64,000 nucleotides of DNA from Hormiphora californensis (lineage: Eukaryota > Animalia > Ctenophora). The position numbers and the translations under genes are program-made. Position 1 is the stretch's first letter; every line of letters begins with the position of its first letter. The notes beneath the pieces are model-generated. The model saw nothing but the letters and a program-made list of their open reading frames with translations. It ran no database searches and was not told where the DNA came from. This document shows, in pieces, positions 14,208-25,182 of the stretch. The stretch covers positions 3,782,001-3,846,000 of the forward strand of contig CM035361.1 of assembly GCA_020137815.1 (NCBI GenBank). Direction: 5' to 3'.

Positions 14208-14953
14208 CGACCAAGAGAAGATGAGAGATGCAAAGAGAGAGAAGGAGGATGACTAAGAGAGAGAAAGAGAGAGAGGAGAGAGAGAGAGACGAGAGGACGA
14301 GAGAAGAGAGAGAGAGAAGAGAGAAGAGAGAATAGAGAGAGAGGCTAGCGCGAGCTCTCGCTCTCAGCGGCGCGCGCGCGCTCGTCGCTCGCGCGCTCCG
14401 CGAGCGCGGTCTCGCGCGACGTGCGCGCGTCGCGCGCGAGCGCTGCGCGCCGCGCGCATCGCGCGCGCGAGCGCGCGCGATCGCGTCTCTCGTCTCTCTC
14501 TCGCTCTCGCTCTCGCCTGCTGGAAACCTTAACATTATATCATATATGTTGGGGGAATATTAAATATTTGTGAAAAATGGTTTCATCAGACAACTGTTTA
14601 TATTTTTTTTCACTCAAGTACGAAGTCCGCGGACTAATTGTAAATAAATATCAATAATAGTCGCTCTTATTGCTCAACATACTAATTTTAGTAACATAAA
14701 TATGGGATATTTTAGTATATACACCGACTGTTATCTCCATTAAATTAAATAAGACCTGGTGCTCAAGTTACCTTTAAAGTTTCGGTGAAGATTGTACCCT
14801 GAGATTTAAGGGAATAGCCGTCACTGAAATCTGAGATCTCAGGGTAAAATAGCCGTGCACTGGACCTGAGGTTCAGGCACGACTGTTTTCCCCCATTAGG
14901 ACCAATAATTATACCTAACACTGCTATTCCTCTCACCAGACAACACAGATCTG

Positions 14954-17900
14954 ATGTCTACACCATGTCTATCAGACATAGACAACCGAGTGGCGTCTCA
15001 ACCGTTTGTAGTTGTCGCCCTACCCCCACCACCGCCCCCCGAGGAAAGTGAAGGTACGTCCCTTCCCTCCCTCCCCTCTCTCTAACACCCTCCCTCTCCT
15101 CTCTCTCTCTCAACCGTTTGTATTTGTCGCCCTACCCCCACCACCTCCCCCTGAGGAAAGTGAAGGTACGTCGTGCACCATGGTAACCATGGTAACCATG
15201 GTAACATGCAGAGAGATTACTGACCAGTGTGACACACTGTCCTCGCTTTGAGTGAATCACACGAGATTGAGAAAGTACACAAGAAAGAGTCGGTGTGATG
15301 CATTACTGCATCCCCAATATTGCACCGGCGGTTTAACTGTATCACACATAATACACCCATGTTACCCCCATGTTACCCCCATATTACCCCCCATGTTACT
15401 CCCAATGGGAGTCTCCCATGTTACCCGCATATTACCCCATATTAACCCCATATCACCCCCATATTACCCCCACAATACCCCATATTACCACCATGTTACC
15501 CCCATTGTTATTTTTGTCAGGTTGTTTTGAAGCTTAGTCATCAATTTTACACCCATTTGTGACAGGGAAACACCTCATTATGAATACATAATGCAATAAT
15601 TCTTGTTTTCAGGCTGTTTTGAGGAGCCGCCAGGATGTCTGAGAACACCAAGTCCTCCAGGGAGCGGCAGAGGAGGAGGGGGTCGGAGAAGCAGAAGCAG
15701 GTCTTCTAGGGTATGTGGCGAGGGAGGGAGTGGGTATTCTAGGGTATGTAGCGAGGGAGGGAGGGGGTATTCTAGGGTATGTAGCGAGGGAGGGAGGGGG
15801 TATTCTAGGGTATGTAGCGAGGGAGGGAGGGGGTATTCTAGGGTATGTAGCGAGGGAGGGAGGGGGTATTCTAGGGTATGTAGCGAGGGAGGGAGGGGGT
15901 ATTCTAGGGTATGTAGCGAGGGAGGGAGGGGGTATTCTAGGGTATGTAGCGAGGGAGGGAGGGGGTATTCTAGGGTATGTAGCGAGGGAGGGAGGGGGTA
16001 TTCTAGGGTATGTAGCGAGGGAGGGAGGGGGTATTCTAGGGTATGTAGCGAGGGAGGGAGGGGGTATTCTAGGGTATGTAGCGAGGGAGGGAGGGGGTAT
16101 TCTAGGGTATGTAGCGAGGGAGGGAGGGGGTATTCTAGGGTATGTAGCGAGGGAGGGAGGGGGTATTCTAGGGTATGTAGCGAGGGAGGGAGGGGGTATT
16201 CTAGGGTATGTAGCGAGGGAGGGAGGGGGTATTCTAGGGTATGTAGCGAGGGAGGGAGGGGGTATTCTAGGGTATGTAGCGAGGGAGGGAGGGGGTCTTC
16301 TAGGGTATGTAGCGAGGGAGGGAGGGGGTCTTCTAGGGTATGTAGCGAGGGAGGGAGGGGGTATTCTAGGGTATGTAGCGAGGGAGGGAGGGGGTATTCT
16401 AGGGTATGTAGCGAGGGAGGGAGGGGGTATTCTAGGGTATGTAGCGAGGGAGGGAGGGGGTCTTCTAGGGTATGTAGCGAGGGAGGGAGGGGGTATTCTA
16501 GGGTATGTAGCGAGGGATCAGGGCTATGACTCCAAGTCAGACTGTGTATTAATTGCACCAGACGACTCCAATTAATTAATCGATTAAATAATAACATTAG
16601 TTACTTAATAATATTCCCTCTCTTCAGAGTCGGACCAGTTCAGCGGTGGCAGCGGATGCTAATGAGACGAGGTTCTTCTGCATCATGAAGACAACATGGA
16701 AGGCGTTTTACGTAGCCGCCTGGGTAAATGAATCTATAATTATCCCTGAATGACGAATATTAATCAGTAATTGTCTTGTTTTAGTATAAGTGCGGTTCTA
16801 TAGATCTATTATGATCCTTCTCGATCGATAAACTCCCCTTTTCTCCTTCTAACACCCTCTCCCCTTCTAACACCCTCCTCTTCCCCTCTCTCTGACACCC
16901 TCTCCCCTTTCTCTAACACCCTCTCTCTAACACCCTCCTCTCCTCTCTCTAACACCCTCTCCCCTTCTAACACCCTCTCTCCCTCCCCTCTCTCTCTAAG
17001 GGGGGGGGGCGGCTGAAGTTTTTGAAGTTTGAAGTTTTCCACCCTACTTTTTGAGTTTATCCGATCACCCAACTGTCTGACTTCAAAAACTTCAGCCGCC
17101 CCCCCCCTCTCTCTAACACCCTCTCCCCTTCTAACGACTAACACCCTCTCCCCTTCTAACACCCTCTCTCTGACGCCCTCTCTCTAACACCCTCCCCTCT
17201 CTCTAACACCCTCCCCTCTCTCTAACACCCTCCCCCCTCCCCACTTCTAACACCCACCCTCTAACACCCTCTCTCTAACACCCTGATCTCTCCCTTTATT
17301 CCAGGTTCCCAATTCTAACACCACCCCTCTCCTCTCTCTAACACCCTCCCCTCTCTCTCTAACACCTCTCTAACACCTTCCCCCTCTCTCTAACACCCTC
17401 CCTCCCCTCTCTCTAACACCCTCTCTCTAACACCCCTGTCTCTCTCACAGGTAGCAGCAGCGATCTACTCCTTCCACAACATAACCATCTTCATCGGCCG
17501 GTACTTTGACCGACCCACCACCACCCAAATCACCTCGGTGGCACCTGTAAATGACGTCATAGACTTTCCCACAATCTCAATCTGCAACATGAACAATATT
17601 GAGAAATCCTTCCTCAGACTCAACCCCCTCCTTCACGAAGTTTGGAACCGGATCGAGGATGTCAAGTTGATTAATTGGAAGAATGAGAGTGTCCGAGAGA
17701 TCGGATCTCTCACTTACCCTGATGTTTACAGTAAGAGTTTCAACTGGAAACACGTGGTTGACAGCTGTAAATACGGTGGGTTTAGGGACTGCGAGAATCT
17801 TCCCTATCATGACGATGAGCTGTTTGGGGAGTATGTTGGCTCCGCTGGCAAGTGCTACCTTTTCAACCCCAAAGGTTCCATCTACTCCACCGGCATTGGA

Positions 17901-19521
17901 GAGAATGGGTGTTTCCGGTTCCTGGTTAACACCCACTCCAACGAGTACCTACCCCAGGTGGATGAGATAGGTTATACGGTGGACATCCATCATTTCACGT
18001 TCTTCCAGGGCGGGAATAAGATTGAGATGTCACCGGGGTTCAAGTACAGGGTGGGAATAAAAAAGAGGATCCGAGAGGAGCTCCCGATTGAGGAGGGAGG
18101 GGAATGTGATCCGACCAAGGTGTCAAATAGCTATGGATCATATGACACTGCTACCTGTGAATACGAATGTAGGGACAAGTACATTAATGCAACATGTGGG
18201 TGTGTGATGTCCGCACCACCAAATAATATACATGATTACAAAACGTGTACGATTAGGCAGATGCAGAACTGTGGATGGTTGGCGTACTACAATTTTGTTA
18301 CTCGAGACGAGATTACCCCTCAGGTGAGAAATAAAATGTTAATGAAATGTTAATTAATTAGTTTATTTAATTGATATTTTGTTTAGCCCATTTATTTTTA
18401 CCACCCACCACCGCCCACTTCTCAGCCAAGCTCGTTTCTTCTAAAACCCCCCTCCCGGTACAAGCCCTCTAATTCCTCCCTCCCACAGCACCAACCCTCT
18501 AATTCCTCCCCCCTCCCACAGCACCAACCCTCTAATTCCTCCCTCCCACAGCACCAACCCTCTAATTCCTCCCTCCCACAGCACCAACCCTCTAATTCCT
18601 CCCCCCTCCCACAGCACCAACCCTCTAATTCCTCCCTCCCACAGCACCAACCCTCTAATTCCTCCCTCCCACAGCACCAACCCTCTAATTCCTCCCCCCT
18701 CCCACAGCACCAACCCTCTAATTCCTCCCTCCCACAGCACCAACCGTCTAATTCCTCCCTCCCACAGCACCAACCCCTATTACCCCACCCCTCCCAGCAC
18801 CAACCCTCTAATTCCTCCCCTCCCAGTACAAACCCTCTAATTCCTCCCACCCACAGCACCAACCCTCTAATTCCTCCCTCCCACAGCACCAACCCTCTAA
18901 CACCCCTTCCCCAACCCACAGCACCAAGAGACGGATGATGACGAATACGCCCACGACCTCCTCAACGAGGACGAAGGAGGTAACCCAGACCACCTTGTCG
19001 TTAACGAGAATGAGGTCCACACACGAGCATCCCAACCTCCTGACCCCACGACCCGACCAGAACAACTTGCTACCACAACATGGCCACCCACATCCATGCC
19101 ATTTGTTAGCGCTGATGACAAACTAAACTGTTCATCCTCCTGCCCGGTTCCCTGTCACAAGACATTCTTTGACATCATGGTGTCGACGTCAAAAATCTCA
19201 AAACGCTACGCCACCGCTCTGGCTAAGCAACTCCGCAGCCAGAAGAAAGACTCGAACGCGACAGCAGAGTATATCCTTAAAAACCACGTACTGATGGAGT
19301 TCTACATACAGGACATGTTCACGGAGAAAATAACTAATGTACCAGCATACGGACTATGGCATTTATTGTCCGATATCGGAGGGGTGACTGGACTGTTCCT
19401 TGGAGCCAGCCTGTTTTCCTTTATTGTGTTTTTCAAAAGCTCGGTACTCCGCGTGTATCTGTATATCAGAAACTCTGACGGACCCTGGAATGCGATAAAA
19501 AAGAATTTAAAGAAACCTTGA
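14954..19521 (+). CDS. DEG/ENaC (amiloride-sensitive sodium channel/ASIC superfamily) subunit, 5 coding exons, about 588 aa
   Basis: Exons 14954-15053, 15613-15710, 16628-16723, 17451-18323 and 18922-19521 join in phase with GT-AG introns. Motifs: TM1 (WKAFYVAAWVAAAIYSF..IFIGRYF), FPTISICNMN, GKCYLFN, Cys-rich thumb (CEYEC..TCGC..CPVPC), TM2 LLSDIGGVTGLFLGASLFS containing the GAS filter. The first two exons are less certain. Confidence 0.9.
15701..16515. repeat. 33-bp G-rich minisatellite in ENaC intron 2, about 24 copies
   Basis: Unit TCTAGGGTATGTAGCGAGGGAGGGAGGGGGTAT. The first unit overlaps the exon 2 donor site. Confidence 0.95.
16840..17445. repeat. Pyrimidine-rich (CTCTCTAACACCCT)n minisatellite in ENaC intron 3
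   Basis: Variable-length units containing CTAACACC run up to the exon 4 acceptor. One more unit lies at 15075-15095. Confidence 0.85.
17000..17107. mobile_element. 108-bp MITE with possible 9-bp TSD
   Basis: TIR G(n)CGGCTGAAGTTTTTGAAGT / ACTTCAAAAACTTCAGCCGC(n). TCTCTCTAA flanks both sides (16991-99 and 17108-16), but inside a repeat, so the TSD is weak evidence. Confidence 0.6.
18465..18927. repeat. 30/33-bp minisatellite in ENaC intron 4, about 14 copies
   Basis: Unit CCCACAGCACCAACCCTCTAATTCCTCCCT. The last unit supplies the exon 5 acceptor CCCACAG|CACCAA. Confidence 0.92.
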
Positions 19522-20001
19522 CAGTTTGTCAGACGGTGTCTGAACTCTGAAATTAAATAATTAATTAACTAATTAACTAATTAATTAATTATCGTTATGC
19601 AGAGCTATCAGCGTGGTGTCTGACATATGATTTGGGAGATCGAGTGTTGTAAAGATCTTTGGGGTATCTAGATCTATCGTGTGTGTATATAATAGTGTAC
19701 ACATATTGTTATATGTATCTATGTATGACCAAAGTATAGTTTGAAAATCAAATTCGTTCCAAAAAGTGGCCTTCTTAGTTTATATTAAAGCTTGACGTTT
19801 GATTTTCAAATTGTGGTATCAGCTTGTATTGAACATGAACCTGAACGATCTGTATATTTGCTGACAAGTCGTCCTTTATGTTTTTAATGTATTTCTAACA
19901 AAATATATACGTGTTTTTTATCTTCTTTATTTTTGGAAAAGGCGGGGACAACAGGTCAATGGTTGGGGCAAAATCGCATTTGCTGCTGACGTCCTCTATA
20001 A

Positions 20002-20497
20002 CAGGGTGTCCCACTGTCTTTGCGTGACCTGCGATTTTGGGTCATGACCGGGCTCCATTGAATTAATCAAAACTCACCAAAAAATAGGTCAAAATGGTTC
20101 AAACAAAAACCAGTGTTCTAGAGAATTGTCAGGCGAACATTTTGGTTGCAAGATTGACGTTCCAAGTCTTACCAATCGTCAGATATATCGTCTTAAAGTC
20201 AAAAATACGTGTTCATGAAATCCGCATCATGAAACTTTGCATTTGTGAATTTTTCAAAACGTGAACCCCGGTCTGATTTCATGAACACGTATTTTTGACT
20301 TTAAAACGATATATCTGACGATTGGTAAGACTTGGAAAGTCAATCTTGCAACCAAAATGTTCGCAGCTGACAATTCTCTAGAACACTGGTTTTTGTTAAA
20401 AGCATTTTGAGCTATTTTCCGATGAAATATGATCATTTTAATGGAGCCCGGTCATGACCCAAAATCGCAGGTCACGCAAAGACAGTGGGACACCCTG
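20002..20497. mobile_element. Tc1/mariner-type palindromic MITE (copy A)
   Basis: Long TIRs starting CAGGGTGTCCCACTGTCTTTGCGTGACC and ending GGGACACCCTG|TA. Near-identical copy at 33812-34307. Confidence 0.8.
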
Positions 20498-21299
20498 TAC
20501 TATGTCAGCTAATTAGCGTATAGTACTCGACTGAACGGAATATAGTGATTAACACAGTGTGGCCGCGCGTTTGGTATCTCTCTGTATAGCACGCGTCTCG
20601 GTAATACCGATATAATACCAATTCTTGGTGTTCGGAAGAAATAGCGCTAATTAGCGGTGTTTAGTATAGGAGTCTGGTCTGCCGTCTGGTATTTGGGATA
20701 AGTATTAAGTATTTATCCAGGGCAGGTTTCATTGCTTCCAGGGTCATCTTATTCTTGACCGTTGCTGGTACTGAGTTGAACAGCCCAATAGCGGAGGAAG
20801 TGCAGGCTTTAGGACTGTAACTCACCTGGGCATGTAAATTAGATCTATAGAGGGTCAAAAATACATCACCCCGATATACCGGGCACCCCGATATACCGGG
20901 CAAAATGGCTTCCCTCGAGGATCCCGGTAAATCGGGGTGCGACTGCAGTAGTCCTAGAACTAGAAACTCGATATGATAACAGTCCTGTACCTCTTTTTTT
21001 AAGTGTGTCGCACCAGGCGTCCAGGCACCTGATATGTCTTCAGAAACCAGCTAGAAGCTTTTATATATGTGTGTATGTGTGCAGTACGCCTTATTGTTCT
21101 TCTATGAAACTTCTATTTGAACAAAACATTGTTCAACTGCTCTGATCCTATACATGTATACAGTGGTACAATTTCCAGAATGGGATAATTCGTTTCACTT
21201 CCCATGTGCCATATTCACCATTCTAACATTTTTTTATTGATTTGATAATGGTGCGGAACACGTAAACTTTGGTAGTATGGTAGTTAAGGTCGTGCGCAC

Positions 21300-22545
21300 T
21301 TTTTGGCGCCATTTGGCGCCAAATTGGCGCCAAATTGGCGCCACGTGGCGCCACGTGGCGACTGCGCACTGCCGCCAATTTGGCGCCAAATTGGCGCCAA
21401 GTTGGCGGTTTTTTGGCGCCAAATGGCGCCACGTGGCGCCAATTGGCGCCACGTGGCGATTATAAATCGCCAAGTGTTGGCGGTAATTGGCGGTACCGCC
21501 ACGTGGCGATGCACATTTTTCTGGATAAACTGTGCCCACCGCCAAGTGGCGCCAAATTGGCGCCAAATTGGCGCCAGGTATTTTTTAGTCTTGGCGCCAA
21601 ATTGGCGCCAAATTAGCGCCACTTGGCGAGTGCGAACATTCAGAAGCGTAAATTAACCACATTTTTGTCGCCAACTTAGCGCCAACTTAGCGCCAAATTG
21701 GCGCAAAGTGCCAAACACCGCCAATTTGGCGCCAACTTAGCGCCAAATTGGCGATTGGCTACAAATCGCCAATTTGGCGCTAAGTTGGCGCTAAGTGCCA
21801 AGCACCGCCAATTTGGCGCCAACTTAGCGCCAAATTGGCGATTTGTAGCCAATCGCCAATTTGGCGCTGAGTGCCAAGCACCGCCAAATTAGCGCCAAAT
21901 TGGCGATTGGCTACAAATCGCCAAATTAGCGCCAACAATTTGGCGCTAAGTGCCAAGCACCGCCAATTTGGCGCCAAATTGGCGGTGCTTGGCACTCAGC
22001 GCCAAATTGGCGATTGGCTACAAATCGCCAATTTGGCGCTAAGTTGGCGCCAAATTGGCGGTGCTTGGCACTTAGCGCCAACTTAGCGCCAAATTGGCGA
22101 TTTGTAGCCAATCGCCAATTTGGCGCTAAGTGCCAAGCACCGCCAATTTGGCGCCAACTTAGCGCCAAATTGGGTAGTCCCGCCATGGCGGTAGTCAATC
22201 GCCACATGGCAAAATTTTGGCGCCAAACACGCCATATGGCGGTCGGGAGTGGCGCCACACCACGGGAGTGGTGCCATACATGCTCTGGCGGTACTTGGAT
22301 GGCGGTGGCGTGTGGCGCCATTTGTTGAATATGGCGCCAACTTATGGCGCTAACAAAAAAACCGATTTCTGGAGTGGCGCCACACCACTGGAGTGGCGCC
22401 ACATTTTAAAAACTCTGGCGGTATGCAAGTGGTATGTGTGTGGCGCCAACCGTTGTCGTGGCGGTAGTCAAACGGCGCCACACATTAGCGCCACATTAAT
22501 GGCGCCACATGATAATGGCGCCACATGATCATGTGGCGCCATATG
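21300..22545. repeat. GGCGCC-core palindromic repeat array, ~11-bp units in both orientations
   Basis: Dozens of TTGGCGCCAAA, GTGGCGCCAC and TTAGCGCCAA units with higher-order inverted blocks. Confidence 0.85.
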
Positions 22546-22734
22546 GACATTGCCGAGAATGAGTCCTTCCGTGAGCGAATTTTTTGAAGTTGTCTGTGTC
22601 ACCTACATAAGCCTGTCAAAACGTGTTTCGACATAGAACTCACTAGCGGCAAGCCAATTCCGGTTGTAAATTCTAGGTATAGGCCCCCTGAACATAAAAA
22701 ACCAAAATGTCAGTCTCAATTATTTGGATTACCT

Positions 22735-22958
22735 ACAACTATGGCTCATGCAACTATGGCTCATAAAATCTATGAGCCATAGATGCATGCAACTATGGCT
22801 CATAGATTTTATGAGCCATAGATGCATACAACTATGGCTCATAGAAATGTGATCTGATTAGGTTCTATGAGCCAAAGCTAGTGAGAGTGAGTGACACGTG
22901 AGTGACACGTGAGTGACACGTGAGTGACACGTGAGTGACATGTGAGTGACACGTGAGT
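22735..22958. repeat. CAACTATGGCTCATA inverted/direct repeats followed by an 11-bp tandem (GTGACACGTGA) x6
   Basis: Directly visible. Confidence 0.8.
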
Positions 22959-23101
22959 TTTCGAATCATGTAATATTAAATGAGCACAAATGCAAACGAT
23001 TTACATAATGATAAATCTAATATTACATAATTAAAATTACACTATCAGTTCATCTTGGATATAATGGTAAAAGGGGTCCTTCTTTGGACAGTCATTAGAG
23101 C

Positions 23102-23201
23102 NNNNNNNNNNNNNNNNNNNNNNNNNNNNNNNNNNNNNNNNNNNNNNNNNNNNNNNNNNNNNNNNNNNNNNNNNNNNNNNNNNNNNNNNNNNNNNNNNNN
23201 N
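23102..23201. other. Assembly gap (100 N)
   Basis: N run, followed by about 2 kb of error-rich sequence. Confidence 1.
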
Positions 23202-24374
23202 GTTTTTAATTTTTGGGGAAAAGACTTGGGTGGGTATTAAAAATTCAAATTTTTTTTTGGAAAAAAGAAAACGATTGGGGAACAAGAGAAGAGGAAAAAA
23301 AAATAGGGAAAAAGGGAAGGAGAAAGAAGAAGGGGAAAAGAAAAGAAAAAAAAAATAGAAAAAAAGAGAAGAAGAGGAAAAAGAGGAGAAGGGGATAGAA
23401 GAAGGGGAAAAAAGGGGAAAAGGAGGAAGGGGGTTTGAAAGAGAAGAGGGGGGAAAAAATAAGGGGAGAAAAAGGCCTAACAAAAAAACCCCCTTTTTGA
23501 CCCTTTTCTCTCCCCCCTCTCTTTCTCTCTCTTCTTTCTTTCCTCTCTCCTCTCCTCTTTTTTCTCATTTTTTTCTCTCTCAATTTTCAGTTTATAATTC
23601 ACTAAAAAATTTAAAATTTCCTACAAGGTGGGGACCTGGAACCAAACGTGTTGTCGTCGCGTGGAAACATTTTTTTTAAACACCACATCACGACACCAAA
23701 AGTAGTAAGTCGTTCAAATTTTTTTTCGGAGTAGAATGAGTAAGCCCCAAATAAAGGTTGGACTTGTACATTTACCTTTGTTGTCATTCGGGGACATACT
23801 TTTTACACCAGAACAGAAAAAAAACTTTAAAAGCTGTAGAGCATCACTTCGAGATTAAAGTGGATATTATGCTTATTGGGAAAAAGGGTTAAAATTTGAG
23901 TTTTTTGGACCAAAACTCAATTTTCGAAAAAATTGGGTTATACTTTATCGGAAAGGCAAAATATTACCCCCCCTCCCAGTACCCAAACCCCCTAATTCCT
24001 CCCCCCCCCACAGCACCAGCCCTCTAATTCCCCTCCCACAGCACCAACCTTAATTTCCCCCCCCCACAGCACCACCCTCTAATTCCTCCCCCCACACACC
24101 AACCCTATATTCCTCCCCCTCCCAGTACCAACCCCCTAATTCACCCCACCCCCCCCCCCCTTTTCCCAGCACCAAACCCCCCATTTCCCCCCTCCCAGTA
24201 CAACCTTAATTCCCCTCCCCCTCCCCAAACCCTCAAATCCCCTCCCCCTCCCCCCCCAAACCCCTTTAAATTTCCCCCCTCCCCCCCCCAGCACAACCTC
24301 TAATTCCTCCCCCCCTCCCCCGACCCGCCCCTAATTCCTCCCCCCCCCACCAACCTCTAATCCCCCTCCCCCAG

Positions 24375-24941
24375 CACCAAGAAAGGATGACGACGAAAAC
24401 GCCCACGTTGCTCAACGAAGAGAGGGAGGTAACCCAGACCACCTGTCGTTAACGAAACGAGGCCACACTGGGGCTCCCAACCCCCCGACCCCCACCGCCA
24501 AAAATCGCAACCAAAAACTGGCCTCCCAATCATCCCTTTGTTAGCGTTTTGATGAAAAACTAAACTGTTCATCCCCCTGCCCTGTTCCTTGCCAAAAGAC
24601 TTTTTGAATCATGGGCGACGTCCAAAATCTCAAAAGTTACGCCACCGCTCGGCAAGAACTCCGCAGCCAAAAAAAAAAGACTCAAAAAACGCGACAGCGA
24701 GTATATCCTAAAAACCAGTACGGAGGAGTTTTACATACAGGATATGTTCACGGGAAATAATAATGACCAGAATACGGACTAGGGCTTTTACGTCCGATAT
24801 CGGGGGGGTGACTGGGGTCCTTGGAGCCACCCTTTTTTCCTTTATTGTGTTCTTCAAAAGCTGGGTACCCGCGTGTATCTGATATCAGAAACTCCGACGG
24901 CCCTGGAATGCATAAAAAAAAGAATTTAAAAAAAACCTTGA
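24375..24941 (+). pseudogene. Second, indel-riddled copy of ENaC exon 5 (probably an unpolished allele or paralogue rather than a true pseudogene)
   Basis: Colinear with 18922-19521. Preceded by a degraded intron 4 minisatellite (23965-24374) and followed by the same 3' flank. The differences are mainly homopolymer-type indels next to a gap. Confidence 0.75.
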
Positions 24942-25182
24942 ATTTTGTCAGACGGTGTTGAACTCTAAAATTAAAAAATTTAATTAAAAATTTAAATTAA
25001 TAATATATTTGCGAGCTATCAGCGTGGGTTGAATATGTTTGGGAGATGATGTTGTAAAAGATCTTTGGGGTTCTGATCTAAAAAACCGTGTGTGTAAATA
25101 GGTAAATATTGTTTATAGTATGTATGTATGGCCAAAGTATAGTTTGAAAATCAAATTCTTTCCAAAAAGTGGCCTTCTCAGC

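Noticed and set aside
15578-16597. Three ~300-aa repetitive ORFs, and possible CRISPR-like periodicity
   Set aside because: They are translations of a 33-bp head-to-tail minisatellite with no unique spacers, lying in an intron. Only the in-frame donor hypothesis is retained.
21223-22528. Many overlapping LAPNWR/RQFGA ORFs
   Set aside because: Translations of the GGCGCC palindromic array on both strands.
24375-24941. Evidence for genuine pseudogenisation of a second ENaC gene
   Set aside because: The error spectrum is homopolymer indels that fade with distance from the gap, while distal parts of the same duplicate are near-identical, so sequencing error is the simpler explanation.
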